The translations under genes were made by a program, and so were the position numbers. 64,000 bases of DNA from Paecilomyces variotii. Lineage: Eukaryota. Every line of letters starts with the position of its first letter. Position 1 is the stretch's first letter. The stretch lies in NCBI GenBank assembly GCA_004022145.1, contig RCNU01000002.1. One strand, 5' to 3'. A model generated the notes under the pieces. The model saw only the letters and a program-made list of their open reading frames with translations. It did no database searches and had not been told where the DNA came from. Shown one piece after another: positions 25,758-39,624 of this stretch.

Positions 25758-26227
25758 ATTTACCTACAGCTTCTTCCCCTCCAGATTCCCATCAGGACCT
25801 TGCGTCCCTGTCAAAATTGTATCATGTTCACCATCAATTCGGGAATCCTCCAACAAGTAAGACCATGATAAACCATCATTCCTGTTAGCAAAGGGCTTCA
25901 AATCTTCGTCTTGTCGTTTTCAGATTCGTGGGTTCTCATCACTTTCCATCATCCCTCCTATCACTGCATCGTTTTCGTGTCATTTGCCATCAAGAGTCGT
26001 CGTTTGATTCGTCGTTGCCATCGAAAAAGCACTATCGTTGCATGATTTCGTGCTGTTACCATCAAAGTCATCGTTGCTTGGCCGTTGCATCAAAAGCTCG
26101 TAAAAACCCATCACTGCGTCCCTGTCAGAAACCGTTGACAACTCCAAGGAGCATCCACAGTCTCTGCGGTTGCCCTCTTCGTTTTGGTCAGCATTCCGTC
26201 CTCACTTTTGCTTCCTTCATTTCGACC

Positions 26228-27240
26228 ATGTCTGTGGTTCCGAATGGTAATCCCCTGCGCTCAGCCAATCATCCGATCTCACATCATGAGATCTTAAACA
26301 AACTGCACCGTGAGCTCAGCCAGGGAGAGGGAGAGCAGTCGTTGGAGTGGGAGCTGGTGGACATTGCCGTCGCTGAACGGATTGGGCAAAAGCTTGATCG
26401 TACATTGGAGAACCGGAACATTAGGTAAGGACTTCAATTGGCAAATAAACAGGCTTAAGTTGACCATGCTCTGAACTCTGTTAGATTCACGTTTGACGCC
26501 TGTACCAAGACCTTGCGCCTGGTGACCATGGTCTCAGATATACATGAGTGCCATATCCCTTGGCTCTCTTTCTCGTTTGGGGAACTTCGGGCCAACGGCC
26601 TTCTTACGACGCCTGAATTTCGATCGATCTCTATCCATGTATGTACGAGTAGGTGATTTCCATCAAATCCAGTCTATCGACCGGCCTAACCTAAAGTTAA
26701 TAGGATTCACTGGCTTTCTTGGCCAGTACACCTCGTCACGCAAGGAGCCCGATGCGCATATCATACCACTCTCACTCGATATGCCCACGGTTGTCGTTGA
26801 AAGTGGTTGGAGCGAGAGTCGGGCACAGCTTCAGAGAGATCGTGACTTGTGGCTGATCGGCGGACGTGTCAATGTCGTGATTGTTATCAAATGGGTAAAG
26901 AACAGTTCCAACGAAGTAGCTGGAGACATTGCTGTATTTGACCTCGACTCCCAAGGTGCTGTGCGCTGCCTTCAACAACAGGTAACTATATTCAAATCTT
27001 ATGTCTATCTTTGTAAGTATGTACATCCAGCTAACATTAGTTATAATCATAGATAATTTTCCCAGAGCCGCCGCCAAGCATCGCCGATGCGCAGCAGATC
27101 CGCCTCACTCGTGGCCAAATCTTCGGATCTTCCCTCCCCCCTGGGCAAAATGCCGCGCAGATCCTACCCTTGGAGCTCAGCGAGCTTCGATACCAGGCAA
27201 GAGCCTCTCTGCGTCGAATGGGCCTCACCCCACAAGGTAA
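26228..27240 (+). CDS. Putative PD-(D/E)xK restriction-endonuclease-fold protein
   Basis: Four exons (introns 26425-26484, 26649-26703 and 26982-27052) give one uninterrupted frame. Motifs IHE, KEPDA, PTVVVESGWSES and D.DLWL.G. Confidence 0.75.
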
Positions 27241-30200
27241 TGTAGGGCGAGAAGAATGAAAAACAAAATTTCGAAAAATACCTAGGTATGCATAAGTATC
27301 CCGTGTGCGAGAAGTTTATTGTGTAGTACTGTACATGTAAGAATACTCCGAATGTAGAGCGCGAAAGCCGCCAAAGTTGTGGTTTGTTGCAGACAAAATA
27401 ATGTAGATACGCCCGAGAGGCCTGAAGAAACCACCACGAGTAAGGAGTGACACCTAGTCGGGACCAGTGGCTGATATACTTACCCAAACCAGAAAGTACT
27501 CTACTCTATTTTTTCAAGGGCCTAGAAGTCTGTGCGGAGTCGAACCGAAATAGTTAATTCAGATGGGGACAACTCCTCCGGGTAGTATTATTATTGTGGA
27601 CCTGTGCCCCGTCCTTGGAATTCGCATTTATAATAATAGAAGCCCTGTCCATCTGCGTCTCAGATGAGATTCGTCAGGATCTCCCCCTGGGCCTGTCATA
27701 TAACGGTTACCAACGGGGCGCCGTTGAAGAACCTTGTCGCTGTCACCTGTCAAGAAGTCGATAGTGGCCGATTAATTTGATGATCACAAGTCCCTTGCCT
27801 TGGCCTTTCTCCACTTTGGCTCTCTTCCCGTTGCCCCTTTCGCGTGGTATCCATGTGATGGCAAATAATAATACTACGTAGACGATTAGTTTTGGCAGCG
27901 CCACGATCAAATTCAGGTCCGCCCAGTAGGGAACGGGGTAGATAGATAGGGCACAGAATGCCGTAGTTATGGTATAACTCTGCTGCGTAAGCTATGTAGT
28001 CGTTGTCTCACAACATTCCGCCACACATTCCCGAAGCCACAGCAGAAAATCTGCATTTTGCTCTAGATAATAAGCGTGACAACGAAAGTACTTACACAGT
28101 AACATATTCAAAGATAGCAGTCAATAATATATGAGCAATGCATCGTCTTCTAGGTTCAGACTATGTGTGCAGATCGTAAAAATTCTGCAGTCTTGCTGAT
28201 GATACTTCGTCAAAGAAGATCAATTCCAGAGAGAGCTGCGGAAAGCTCAGTTGAATAATGCCGAGTTCAGTAGTGATTCCCTAGGATCCGGGGAAATAGG
28301 GTCCCCTGGCTGCCGCGGTTCCAAGCGCTATGTACTCCGTAGTTCGACTGAACGATGCGAAGCTTTGGAACCTGCTTTGGAACTTGTAGATGCCCCGATC
28401 TACCACAGCAAGACCTCAGTAGGGAAGAATATCTCTTGCTTCTCCACGGATTCGCGTTGTTCTTCCAGCGTATCTACCTGATAGTCTGAAATACATAGGG
28501 AGTCTGGAGTCGAGACCAGCAGGCCCAACAGCCGGTGGCCAGACCATCGGGATTTGATGCAGCCATACGTATTAGTTACCCGAGTGACAGACGATCCTGG
28601 TGTTTAAAAGGGTGATCTTAAAACCGTCAAGAGCTCACGGGCCAAGATGGATGTAAGGTTTTGGCGCGACATGCGCCGATTTTCTCGAACATTTGCCGTA
28701 GATAGTACGTACTCCGTACTCCGTACTCCGTAGATGTAGTTTGGCAATAGCCTCCCTGTCAGCAGCTGTCAGAGCCCGGCTATGTGATGTAAGGGGGATA
28801 GTTAAATAACTTAACTAGTGGCGTGTTGGGTGCAAATTACTCCGCATATACTGTACTAGCATAATCCGCCCTGTAACTAGCTACTGCCTTTATTATATGA
28901 GAAATATCCTTCGGAACAGAGGTATGTGCAGATGACGAGTACAGCTGGTAGTAGAGTCTTTTGAGATGACAATCTTCAGGAGGAATAGCCTGTGCTGACT
29001 GTTTGGTCCTGTTTTCTGCTTCACCACAAGACCCCTGAACGAGGGTATCTACCGGCATTTGGATTCAGCTGCACAACCTCGATAGCAAGCAAGGAGCAAC
29101 TATTGCTTTTTTCTCTTTGAGTCTCTGTTCTATCATCTTAATAGCTCTCTCGTATTCTCTATCAATTCAATTGATCTTTCAAAGATACCCACTGGTCATC
29201 TCCACACTCCGCGGACCGTACCGCAGCCCACCTCTTGTCCGCGGACCCATCACGGCATTGAGTTAATTGATGTGGGTAGAGTTCTAACTTCTGTCACGGA
29301 TAGTCTAGATACCTGTGATACACGCCACCTTGCCGTTGTCTTCCCAAGGACATGGTTCCCGGAAGGCAGCAATCTGCGTTACCTGTTGTACTTGGTTGAG
29401 GGGCCGGTTGACTTGTCAGAACCTTATTATTATCTGGAGTATATGACTTGTCTCGTGCATTCAGCGTTTGGCACCATCTCAATATTGGGATATCTCAAGG
29501 CTACGGCACGATTTATGGACGGTGTACTTTTTCACGTAGCTGGCAGCCATCTTGCCTCCGTGATCCAGGCAGCCTTGCTGGAAATGCACTCGCCATCCGG
29601 GGCACGAGGCTGACAAGGCAAACTAGGACCTGTCGAATGCATCCTATAGTCGAATGCATCCTATAGTCAGATTCTCGTTGCAAGAACGCTTGAACTAGTT
29701 ATTTGCTCCGGTCTTAAGATGCGCGGCTTAAAAGCGGTGTACGGAGTAAATCCCCATGATTATCTGCTCTGATCATGTGGGAGCTAGTCGAGTCTATTTG
29801 TTGCCATGTACCGTAGCCATGTACCGTACTTTGGACAGCAGGTAGAAGGAAAAATTGCTTAGTGTAAGTAGAGTACGAACGGGGTTTGCCTTCATGCTCA
29901 AACTCAACTAACTGTACGGTATAGACGCCGGTCCTGGGCATGATGCCTTCCCGAGGACTATGTTCCCCAGGTTCTTCATACCTCGGGATTCAATAAGGAA
30001 AGCAACGCCACATCGGGCTCTGTTTCACCTTCGCCATCAAGCCCTGTTCCCTACCATTCTGCAGAGAAGACGACAGTAATGCCGTGATTGTCGGAGAGGG
30101 GTAGCAGCCCCTACCGCTAGGTGGTGGATGATTAACGGATCAACAGAGATAGAATTAAGCGAAATGGGCGCTTGCTGGACTAGTTATCTTCCCATTCCAG

Positions 30201-30857
30201 TACCGAGATGGTGTTTCATTACCGCAACGCACAGGCTTCGGAGACCAGTCATGGGGGAAAAACCGCCACGCCGCTTTGGAACGGTCGAGGTTCACAACTT
30301 GAGCGACTCAAGCAAAACGCTGGCACTGCCAATCGTCCCGAAGAAGTGATCCCTTCATCACCAAGCTGGCATCTGCCAATTGTAACCTCCCACGCTTCTT
30401 CCAGCTATCTAGGGTATGCGGATGCATGCAGGCAAACTATTATCGCAAGAAGCCACAGGGAGAAATCCCAATAATCATAATTAATAGTCGACGATTTCCA
30501 TCTCGCCGACTCCAGATCCCGACGGGCTGGAAACTAATAGGATCGCCGTCCGAGAATCCGGCAAAAAACGGCCTGACAAGCGATCCAAGCGGTTTTCCTG
30601 CAACACAATTCCCACCTAGATCACTTAGCGAGACGCTCAGGCCGCTCGTTCTCAGTGGTATCGCCAGCTGTTGGCTGGAACCAGACCAGGAAATGCGCGC
30701 TACCGCAAAACAAACTGCGCGTTGGACAGGGGGTTTTTCATCCTAACAATGCGCTTCTCTGAGAGTATCATCGTGCTCCTGGTATTGCCCATGTACGCGT
30801 TGTGTATGCTGGGCGTATGCAGTTTAGCTTTCTTTACCCATACTAGACCGGTGGGTT

Positions 30858-31213
30858 GGTCGCGAGGTCGCGAGGCGGCGTCTCGCGAGGTGGCGAGGTT
30901 TTTGTTACCAGTAGATTACTAGTAAATTACTATTTTATATTAAAATTATACTAATATATATTAATAAAGATTAAAATCTAAAATTTTTAAATCTCGCGGG
31001 GTGGTAAGTATAGGTAAATCTTATCTTGCGGGGTGGTAAGATTGTAATTGCTGTATTTTATACTAAATATTATTAGTTTTATTAGTAAAGTTTAATTACT
31101 ATTAAAACAGCTTAGTTGTAAATTATCATTATACTGCCCCGCGAGACTGTGTAAATAACTGTTAGATCTGTATTAAAATTAAGCAAATACAGGCTATTAA
31201 TTTTAGCTGATCT
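30858..31213 (+). repeat. Left TIR of MULE-like element
   Basis: Reverse complement of 39625-39980 with about 17 mismatches by manual alignment, all transitions. Confidence 0.95.
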
Positions 31214-31799
31214 ACTAATATATACTGGTAGATTTCAAAATCTACAGATACAAAAGACTAAGTATTATTAAAGGCAGAAGATAAAAGGGAGTTAGTAAGT
31301 AATATCTCCTAGAATATACTAGGTATTACTAGTTACTAACCATAATAACTAATTAGAAATATTTAAGATAAATTATAAACTTTTAAAATTATAATTATAT
31401 ATATATATATATTAAATATTCTATTTTAATTTATTTTAATATAAACTAAATATTACTAATATAACTATTAACTAATATATTTATATAGCTTAATCATTTT
31501 TTAGAGATATTATAATTTACTGAAATATAGTAGTTATTACTATAATCTAGTAGTTAGGACTAATAATTACTATAGTAAGCTCACAGGAAATAATTGGCCT
31601 GATAGGAGAGTTCCTATACTAAGCTTAATAAGCTAAGGATTTATATAAACAATATAAATATTTTAGCAAGTAAAAAGTTTAAATATATTAAAAAAACTTT
31701 TAAAACCTTTTTATTTTTAGATATTACTTTTCTTTAGCTATTAATAGTCTTATTAAGATTATTATGGCTTTAGATCTATCTTAAAGACTCCTAGGAGTT

Positions 31800-34700
31800 A
31801 TAAAATCTAATAATATTTCTAATTAGAATTAAAAAAATGATTATTTAGTTTATTTTATTAAAACTCCTAATATCTTAGAGATATTAAATGAATTTAAGCG
31901 GGAGCCTTAGGATAAAGACTCTAATAATAAAGATCTTTTGAATATAGTATGTTAATTACTATTATATACTAATCTTTATTATGATAATATTTATATTACT
32001 AATACTATATTATAATATTAGATTAATAACCAACTTATTACTAATATATTTAGTAGGGAATCTAGTAACTAATTATTAGATCTAGAGGAGTTATATCTAA
32101 TCTTTATTAATAGTTTATTAGAGATATTACTTTTTTCTAGATTAACTAGTGTTAAACTAGGTATAAAACTGCTTTTTAGTATTTTTAGTTAAGCTAAATA
32201 CCTTTAATATTCTCAGATAATACTAGAATACCCTAGTATTTATTTTAAAGGTATTGCTTATTATATAAATATTAATAATCTAATATAATCTACAATTAAT
32301 AACTATTATAGTTAGGTAAATATTAATTTATATTAGTAGCAGTTATAAGAGTACTAATATATATTAGATTTAATATAGTAAAGGTTTAAGAATAACTAGC
32401 AGTAGTAAAACAAAAGTAACTATATATATACTATTTCTTAATAATACTAAATATATTGTTAAGAAATAGCAATGTTCTGGTATTTGTTATTATCTATATA
32501 TACCAGAACATATTTAGACTCTTAATTATACTAAAGCTTCTAAAAGTATTTAGTTATAACTAATACTTAATTAATATAACTAAGAAAATATTACTAATAA
32601 CCAAATAGATTAGTAATAACTAAAAGAAACTAGCAATTAACTTTATAATTCTAGGATTTATTAATAAGACTATAGATGTCTTAATTCCTGCCATAATAGA
32701 GGCTTAAAACTTAAATATAATCACATAAAGATAAGTATTAATTCTAATTAATATAATCTAATATATTAATAATATAATTACTACTAGGACTTAATATTAA
32801 TAATAAATCTTATTAAGATCTATACTGGCTTAGGTATAACTAATAGTTTCTATCTAATAGTATACAGCATTATTTCCAGTATCTTTTAAGAATACTAAAC
32901 TTTAACTACACTTACTTATATGAGTTATATAACTCGCAAGCTAGTAATTCTAATCCTACTAGTACTATTAGTTATACTAATATCTCTACTAATATTACTT
33001 CAATAATAAACCCATAAATCTATAGTTTAGTTAAATTAATACGAGCTTGCAGTAAATATTATAATAAAAAAAATTTTTAATCCTTACTAAAATTAACTGG
33101 ATATAACTGCTAATACTAAATACTATTATATTACTAGCTTATCATAGTATATTTAATCCGATTCAAACAGTTCTATATAATATTCAATTTTTATATATTA
33201 TACCTAAAGACTATTAGCAAGTATTATTTATACTATTTATTAGTTTTAGAACCTATTGATATCTACTACCTCCTACAGTAAAGGTACCCCATAATATCTA
33301 GAATGATATTACTAAAATCATTTAAAAAACCGATATTTAGGGGCTTATTATTAGTATGTTTTAAGATATATTAATAACCCCTAATAATTACTAATAAAAT
33401 ACACTATATACTAACAACTATTAATACTAGGTTAATTTATATAGAATAGTAATCTCTAATAATACCTAAAAGAGAATAATATAATTAGGCTTTCTTAGAT
33501 TTATCCAGCTTTGAACAATTAGGATATTATACGCTAAATAATATATAAAGAAAAACTATTAAGGAATCTATTTAGTGAGAGCTATAATAGTAAGTATAAG
33601 CTATAATTATTAATATATATTAGTAGATATTAATATATCCTATAATACAGCGGTTCTCTTCCAATTCCTAATAAAAACCTAAAATTTATAAAGTTATAAA
33701 TATATTTGTAATATATACAATAATAGGGTAAATATTTATATTATTTGCTTTTCTTAAGAATAATTAATTGCTTTTAATAAATAATATTCTTTTTAAGTCA
33801 ATATAACTTATAAATGCACTAATAATAGCTTTAACAAAGTTATTTTTATAATTATGCTAGAAATAGTTAGTAATAGTATATATTACTATATACTAATTAT
33901 TATTAAGTATACTTAATATTAATTAAGCCTATTTACTACTTTAATAGTTATCCTTACTTAAGTTTTTATAAATAAAGACTTAATAATAATGTATATAAAG
34001 CTATTTAAAAAGATTTTCTCTCTTTTAGCTGTTATTAGTAATAGTAGCAGCTATTAATTTAACTAATAACATATTAATAGCTCCGGGATATAAACAGTAA
34101 TTACTAATATATGTTATAAATAAGCTACTAGTAAGTATTATAATAATCAGTTTTAGTAATATATATACTAGTATAGTACTAATATTTACTAGGCCTTAGT
34201 TAATACTTATATAATATTGATAATACCCGATCTTAGCAGGAGTATATAATATATATTATTATATTTTATTTAATTTATTATTTTTAAGGTATATATCGGA
34301 AATATTAGAGCTTTAATATATATCAGCTTATATATTAGTTAGTTTTAGAAATAACTAAAAGCAACTGTAATTAAATCTTATAGACTTTATATAATTATAA
34401 TAATTAGGATATCTAAATATAGGTTAAATATAAGGAGATTCTTTAGATCCTATCTGGTCTAAATGCTAATTACTCTTAGATGCCTTTAATTATATTTAAT
34501 ACCTATTAGAGGAATTTAAATATAGTTAAAGCAATATATTATTAGGACTAAGTCTTAACTAATATTAAAATTTTATTACTTAGTGCTATTATCTAGTAGG
34601 TAATATAACTTATTAGATAAAACTATTACTAACTAGATCTATAGAGCATAAGATATTAATAACTAAGCTGTTCATAAAATTAACTAGTATCTTAAAACTA

Positions 34701-35500
34701 ATATAAGACTTACTTTAAATTTGTCTATACCTCTAAGGTATATTCAGAATTAACCAGTATAAGCTATACCGCTAATATTAACTGGTAAGTAATAAAACCT
34801 ATTATATGGTTAATTATACAGAGACTATTATTATATATAAAATACTAATAAAGTATAGTTATATCTAGTATTACTAGCCCAATTAATCTTATAGATAGCC
34901 CAGACTCTCTAATAGTAACTTAGGCTATTTAATCTATATTAGATAGATTTAACTCTAATAGTATTATTAGTAAAAGAAAGCGAACTTAGCAGGCTATAAC
35001 TATAGATCCTATTATATCGCCTATATTTAACTAAAAAAGATCCAGAAAATCAGTAAATAAGAACCTAATACTGACAGTAATTAGAACTACTAGACCTATT
35101 AATATATCTAGCTTTAAGAGGTTACCCTCTTTAGAGACTAGTAGTCAGTTAAGAAATACTAGGATACCTAATAATATTATGGCTTATACTAATAAACTAG
35201 CTGCTATTAATAATATTAATATAATTAATAATAATAATTTAGTATTTAATAAAGAGCTTACTGCTCTCTAAGATAATATTAATTATTAGATATTAGAACT
35301 TCAAAAGAAGTATAATAAGATATAAGTAAGGATAATAGGTTTTGGTTTTAAGTTTTATCATTTAGTATTACTAGAAGATGTTAGTGAGTTAAATATTATT
35401 AGTTAATACTAATATATTAGTCTATTAAAAAGAGATATATTATAAAATTAGTTTATTAAACTAGAACTACTAGTATAAACTATACTAGATTACTAGTTAC
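31800..35500 (+). pseudogene. RIP-degraded MULE-type DDE transposase (boundaries approximate)
   Basis: Reversing C>T/G>A recovers CSGIC (~32473), GTH.HPPPP..K.P (~33250), IHPALNN.D (~33500), FQVDMTYKR (~33792), HIDGSGI....DMC.KQA|GLG (~34070-34200, intron gtaag at 34131) and W.EH..HII.FC.IHY (~34235-34285, CxxH signature). Confidence 0.7.
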
Positions 35501-35542
35501 TAGAAAACTAGATAGTATTAAATTCTAAGTCTGAATTACAAC

Positions 35543-37721
35543 TACTAGACCTAATTATCTAATATATAGTCCTACCTAATATATAATTTTTCTTAAGGAA
35601 TTTAAAATTTTAAAATATAAATATCTTTATAATTAGTAGATTAAATATTTAAATATTTAAATAAGATATTCTAAACCCTTAAAAATATAATATATATAAT
35701 TTTTATAAAAAATATTAATATTAAAATAATTAAATCTATTATTATATATAATAATATTTAAAAATTATTTATTTATTTTAATCTTTAATAAATTAATTAT
35801 TTTTATTTTATTTTATTAATTAAATATATTTAAATAATTTTTAAACTTAGTTATTTAATATATAATTTTATTTAAACTTTTACTAAAATTTTAAAAAATT
35901 TAAAATATAAATATTTATTAATAAATAAATTAAATTATTAAATATTTAAATAAAATAAAATTATTAGTTTTATCTTTAAATAGCTTTATATAAAATAGAA
36001 TTATTTTATTAGATATAATAATATTTTAATATTTAAATTTATATATCTTTTTATAATTAAAATAAAAAAAATATTAATTTTAATTAGATTAATATATTAA
36101 TTAAAAGAAATTATTAATACATTTTTTAAATATTTAGAGATATTCTATTATTTTAAGATATTTATATAATATTATAAATAATTATAGATTAAAAATAAAT
36201 ATTAGAAAATTTATATTTTTAAATTATTATAAATTATTATAATATATTATTAAAAAATTATAAATATAGGATTTTAAATAATAACAAAAAATTCTAAATC
36301 TCTATACTTTATATAATTAAAATAAATAATAAATAAAATATTAAAAGTAAGCTTAAAATTAAATTAAAATTAATTTTTTAAATAATAATATTGAAACTTA
36401 AAATAAAGAAAAATAATATAAATTTTAACTTTATTAAATCTATATAATAATTAATTATAATCTTCTTTATAAATTAAAAACTTAAAAGAAATTAATTATA
36501 ATTATTCAAATAATAAGAATATTAAATAATCGTTTTAAATTAAATTACAAAGGAATATATTAAAGAATTATTGTTAATATAAATTACATCTATTAAATCT
36601 CTTCTAAAAATAGTTTTAATAAGTTAAATTTAAATATTATATTATTTTAAGTTTATTCTAATTATGTTTTATTATTTATATTTAAATATATTATATTATT
36701 TAGAAAAATTTATTTATTTTTTTAAAAAATTTTAAAATATTAAATTAAACCTTTATTATAATAAGTTTATTTAAGAATTTAATTAAAATAAATTAATTAT
36801 TTTAATAATAATTAATATAAGATTAAAATCTTTAATTTATTTATTAATTTAAAATATATAACTTTTAATTTAATTATTAATAAAAAATAGAATTTATTTT
36901 TAAAATTTAAAAATATTTTAATTATTCTTAATAATAGACTTTATAAAAAATATTATTAATTTAAGAATTAATAAATATATTTAATATTATTTTATAAAAC
37001 TATTTATTAATAATTTTTAATATTATTAATTTAAAAGTTATTTTTATATATTAATTTATAATATTAATACTTTTAATATAATATAATATATATTTTTCTT
37101 ATTTAATTATAATAATATTTAAATTATTTTAAAAACTATAATAAATTATAATATTAATATTTAAATTTTAAAATATTAATAATATTATAAAATATAATAT
37201 TATTATATTTTAAAGTTTAAAGATAAAAAAAGAAGTTTTTCTTATAATTATTTTATATTTTTTCTTATATATAAATTATTTTATAAGTTAAAAATATTAA
37301 AAATTACTTTAAATTTAAGCTAAAAAAATAAATTAAAAATTTTATTAAAAAACTTAATTAAATAATAAAAGAATTAAGAATTAAATAATTTTAAAATAAT
37401 ATTAAATAAGTTTATTAAAATTATAAAAAGATTTATAAATATTTTATTTATTTAAAAATTATAAAAATATTAATTTATTAAAAATTAAAATAAAAAAAAT
37501 TTAAATATTATTAAATATAATAATAGATTTAATTATTTTAATATTATTATTATTCTATAAAAATTATATATATTCTTATTTTTAGAGATTTAGAATACTC
37601 TACTTAAATATCTAATTATTTACTCTACTAATTATTAAGATATTTATATTTTAAAGTTTTTAATTCCTTAGGGAAAATTATATATTAGGTAGGACTATAT
37701 ACTAGATAATTAGGTCTAGTA
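35543..37721. mobile_element. Nested ~2.2 kb TIR element (probably Tc1/mariner-pogo), extremely RIP-degraded
   Basis: ~116 bp imperfect inverted repeats: TACTAGACCTAATTATCTA.TATATAGTCCTACCTAATATATAATTTT... from 35543 and its complement ending at 37721. Outermost bases are TA on both sides. The interior is almost devoid of C/G. Superfamily inferred from size and TA ends only. Confidence 0.75.
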
Positions 37722-37779
37722 ATAATAGAGATATTTTAAGTAGTATACTAATAAATTTACTAGCTACTAAAAGGAACTA

Positions 37780-39058
37780 ATATTAATCTATTATAGTCTA
37801 TCTAACTGCCTTTATAAGAAACCAGCACTAACTAATACTAACTAATACTAAGCAGCACTAACCTATTGCCCAATTACAATTAGTTACTTATATCTTTACT
37901 TTTCCTTTATTTTTACCTTTAGCACTGCTAGCCCCATTAGTAATATTAATAGTACTACTCTTATTAGTAGTAATAGGATTATTTCAAGTCTTATAAGGTA
38001 GGTAGTAGCTATTAATAAGGTTAGTAATAATTAATATATCTTAGAATATTAATATTTATTGGGAATAACTGTAATTAATCCTATTACAGGCTTTATACTT
38101 CTTATTTATATATAATTTACAAAGACTAGTTATATTAATAAATACCAATACTAACTAAGGAAATAATATATACTAGTAGAACTATTATATATCTAATAGT
38201 TATCTTAGGGGATTTTAATCTAGTAGAGTTATTAGAGAAGTCCTCCCCTTCAGAATTAGTTTTTGCCACTTTAAGTTTATTACTACTATTAGATACTAGT
38301 ATTATAAAGTATATTTTAGTAACTATACTTACTAATCGCCTTTACCCTTTCCCCTATTTAAAATCCTTAGGCCCTTAAAGAGATTAATATATTTAAATCC
38401 CTATTAATACTACTAGTTAATATTAATAGAGAATTAACTAAATAAGTATACTTATAATATAAGATATCTTAATATATTTATAAATAATAGAACCTAAACT
38501 CTAAGTTAACTAATTTACTTTAATAGGACCAGTTAGTACTAATACTAACTAGGCAATTATATAACTAATTAATATATACAGCTTATAGACGCAATATAGA
38601 TAGTATTTTATATACTTTAATATCTCTTAATAGCTATTAGTATTCTTAAATATAACTAATAAGGATTAGATATAAATACTTACAATCTTGTCTTTATATA
38701 GCTACTTCTTCTTCTTATAATAGATATAATTGCAAATTTTTTTCTTTCTATAACTAATTAGAATAATACTACTAATAAATACTAATATATAATAGATATA
38801 CATAATTTTACTACTCTTAGATAGGGTAGCCTTCTAGGCGTTAGAATTACTAGTTAAACTAGTAGTATTAGTAGTATAACTGCCGCCAGTAGGGCTGGTA
38901 GGAGCAGTATAATTAATTATATTAATAGGATTAGTAGTAATAGTAATAATGCTAGTAGTATTATTATTAGCATTGGTAATAATATTACTAATCAGATTGG
39001 TAAAGGTTACTATTATACTAGTTAGTAGACTATACTTACCTAATCTACTAATTGCCAT
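37780..39058 (-). pseudogene. Possible second (cargo/accessory) gene relic of the MULE-like element
   Basis: ATG at 39058 with a 74-codon residual ORF. Downstream minus-strand sequence is codon-like (KEKKFAI..RRRS..IKTR) followed by a gtaagt donor-like site. Heavily mutated; end is approximate. Confidence 0.4.
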
Positions 39059-39454
39059 CTATTAGTAATTAGTATTTACTAAATATAACTAATATAACTA
39101 GAAATGTATAAAAAGTGGTAAGAAATAAGAGTAACTAGTATTAGTTTTTAAGCCTAATTATTAGTCGCAATCGCAACTACTAAATCTGACTATTACTTTC
39201 TTATTCCCTATAAGCTTAAACTAGAGGATATAAGATTTAAAAAAGATAGAATTAGAATAATAATAAACTTAGTGTATCTAGACACTTTTATTAGGGATTA
39301 AAAATAAGATTAATTAGGACTTACCTATCTGAAGATAGTTAATAAAGGGAAGAAATTAAAAAGGATTAATTAAATATGATTTTTTTTTTATAGGCTAAAT
39401 AAATAATATACTAGCCTAATTTAGAAATATAAACATCTACTAGAATAAATTTAA

Positions 39455-39585
39455 TATTGCCTAGTCTATTAGTTAGATATAGCCTATGAGTATATTAGTT
39501 ATATATAGCCTGCCACTAATATACTAGTTAGATATAGCCCACTACTAAAGTATAAGTCGGATATTGCCTAGTATACTAGCCGCAA
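39455..39585. repeat. Subterminal degenerate tandem repeats (~25-29 bp unit)
   Basis: Recurring tagttagatatagcc / tagttatatatagcc / aagtcggatattgcc units just inside the right TIR. Confidence 0.6.
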
Positions 39586-39624
39586 CTACTTTGTATTAAT
39601 ATATTTTAATAGACTAGTTTACTA

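Noticed and set aside
35543-35550. Inner element terminus TACTAGAC matches 8 bp of the outer TSD
   Set aside because: Short match in TA-rich RIPped sequence, inverted in the inner element but direct in the TSD; probably coincidence.
39455-39585. CRISPR-like repeat-spacer array
   Set aside because: Eukaryotic context, short degenerate units without unique spacers, located within a transposon subterminal region.
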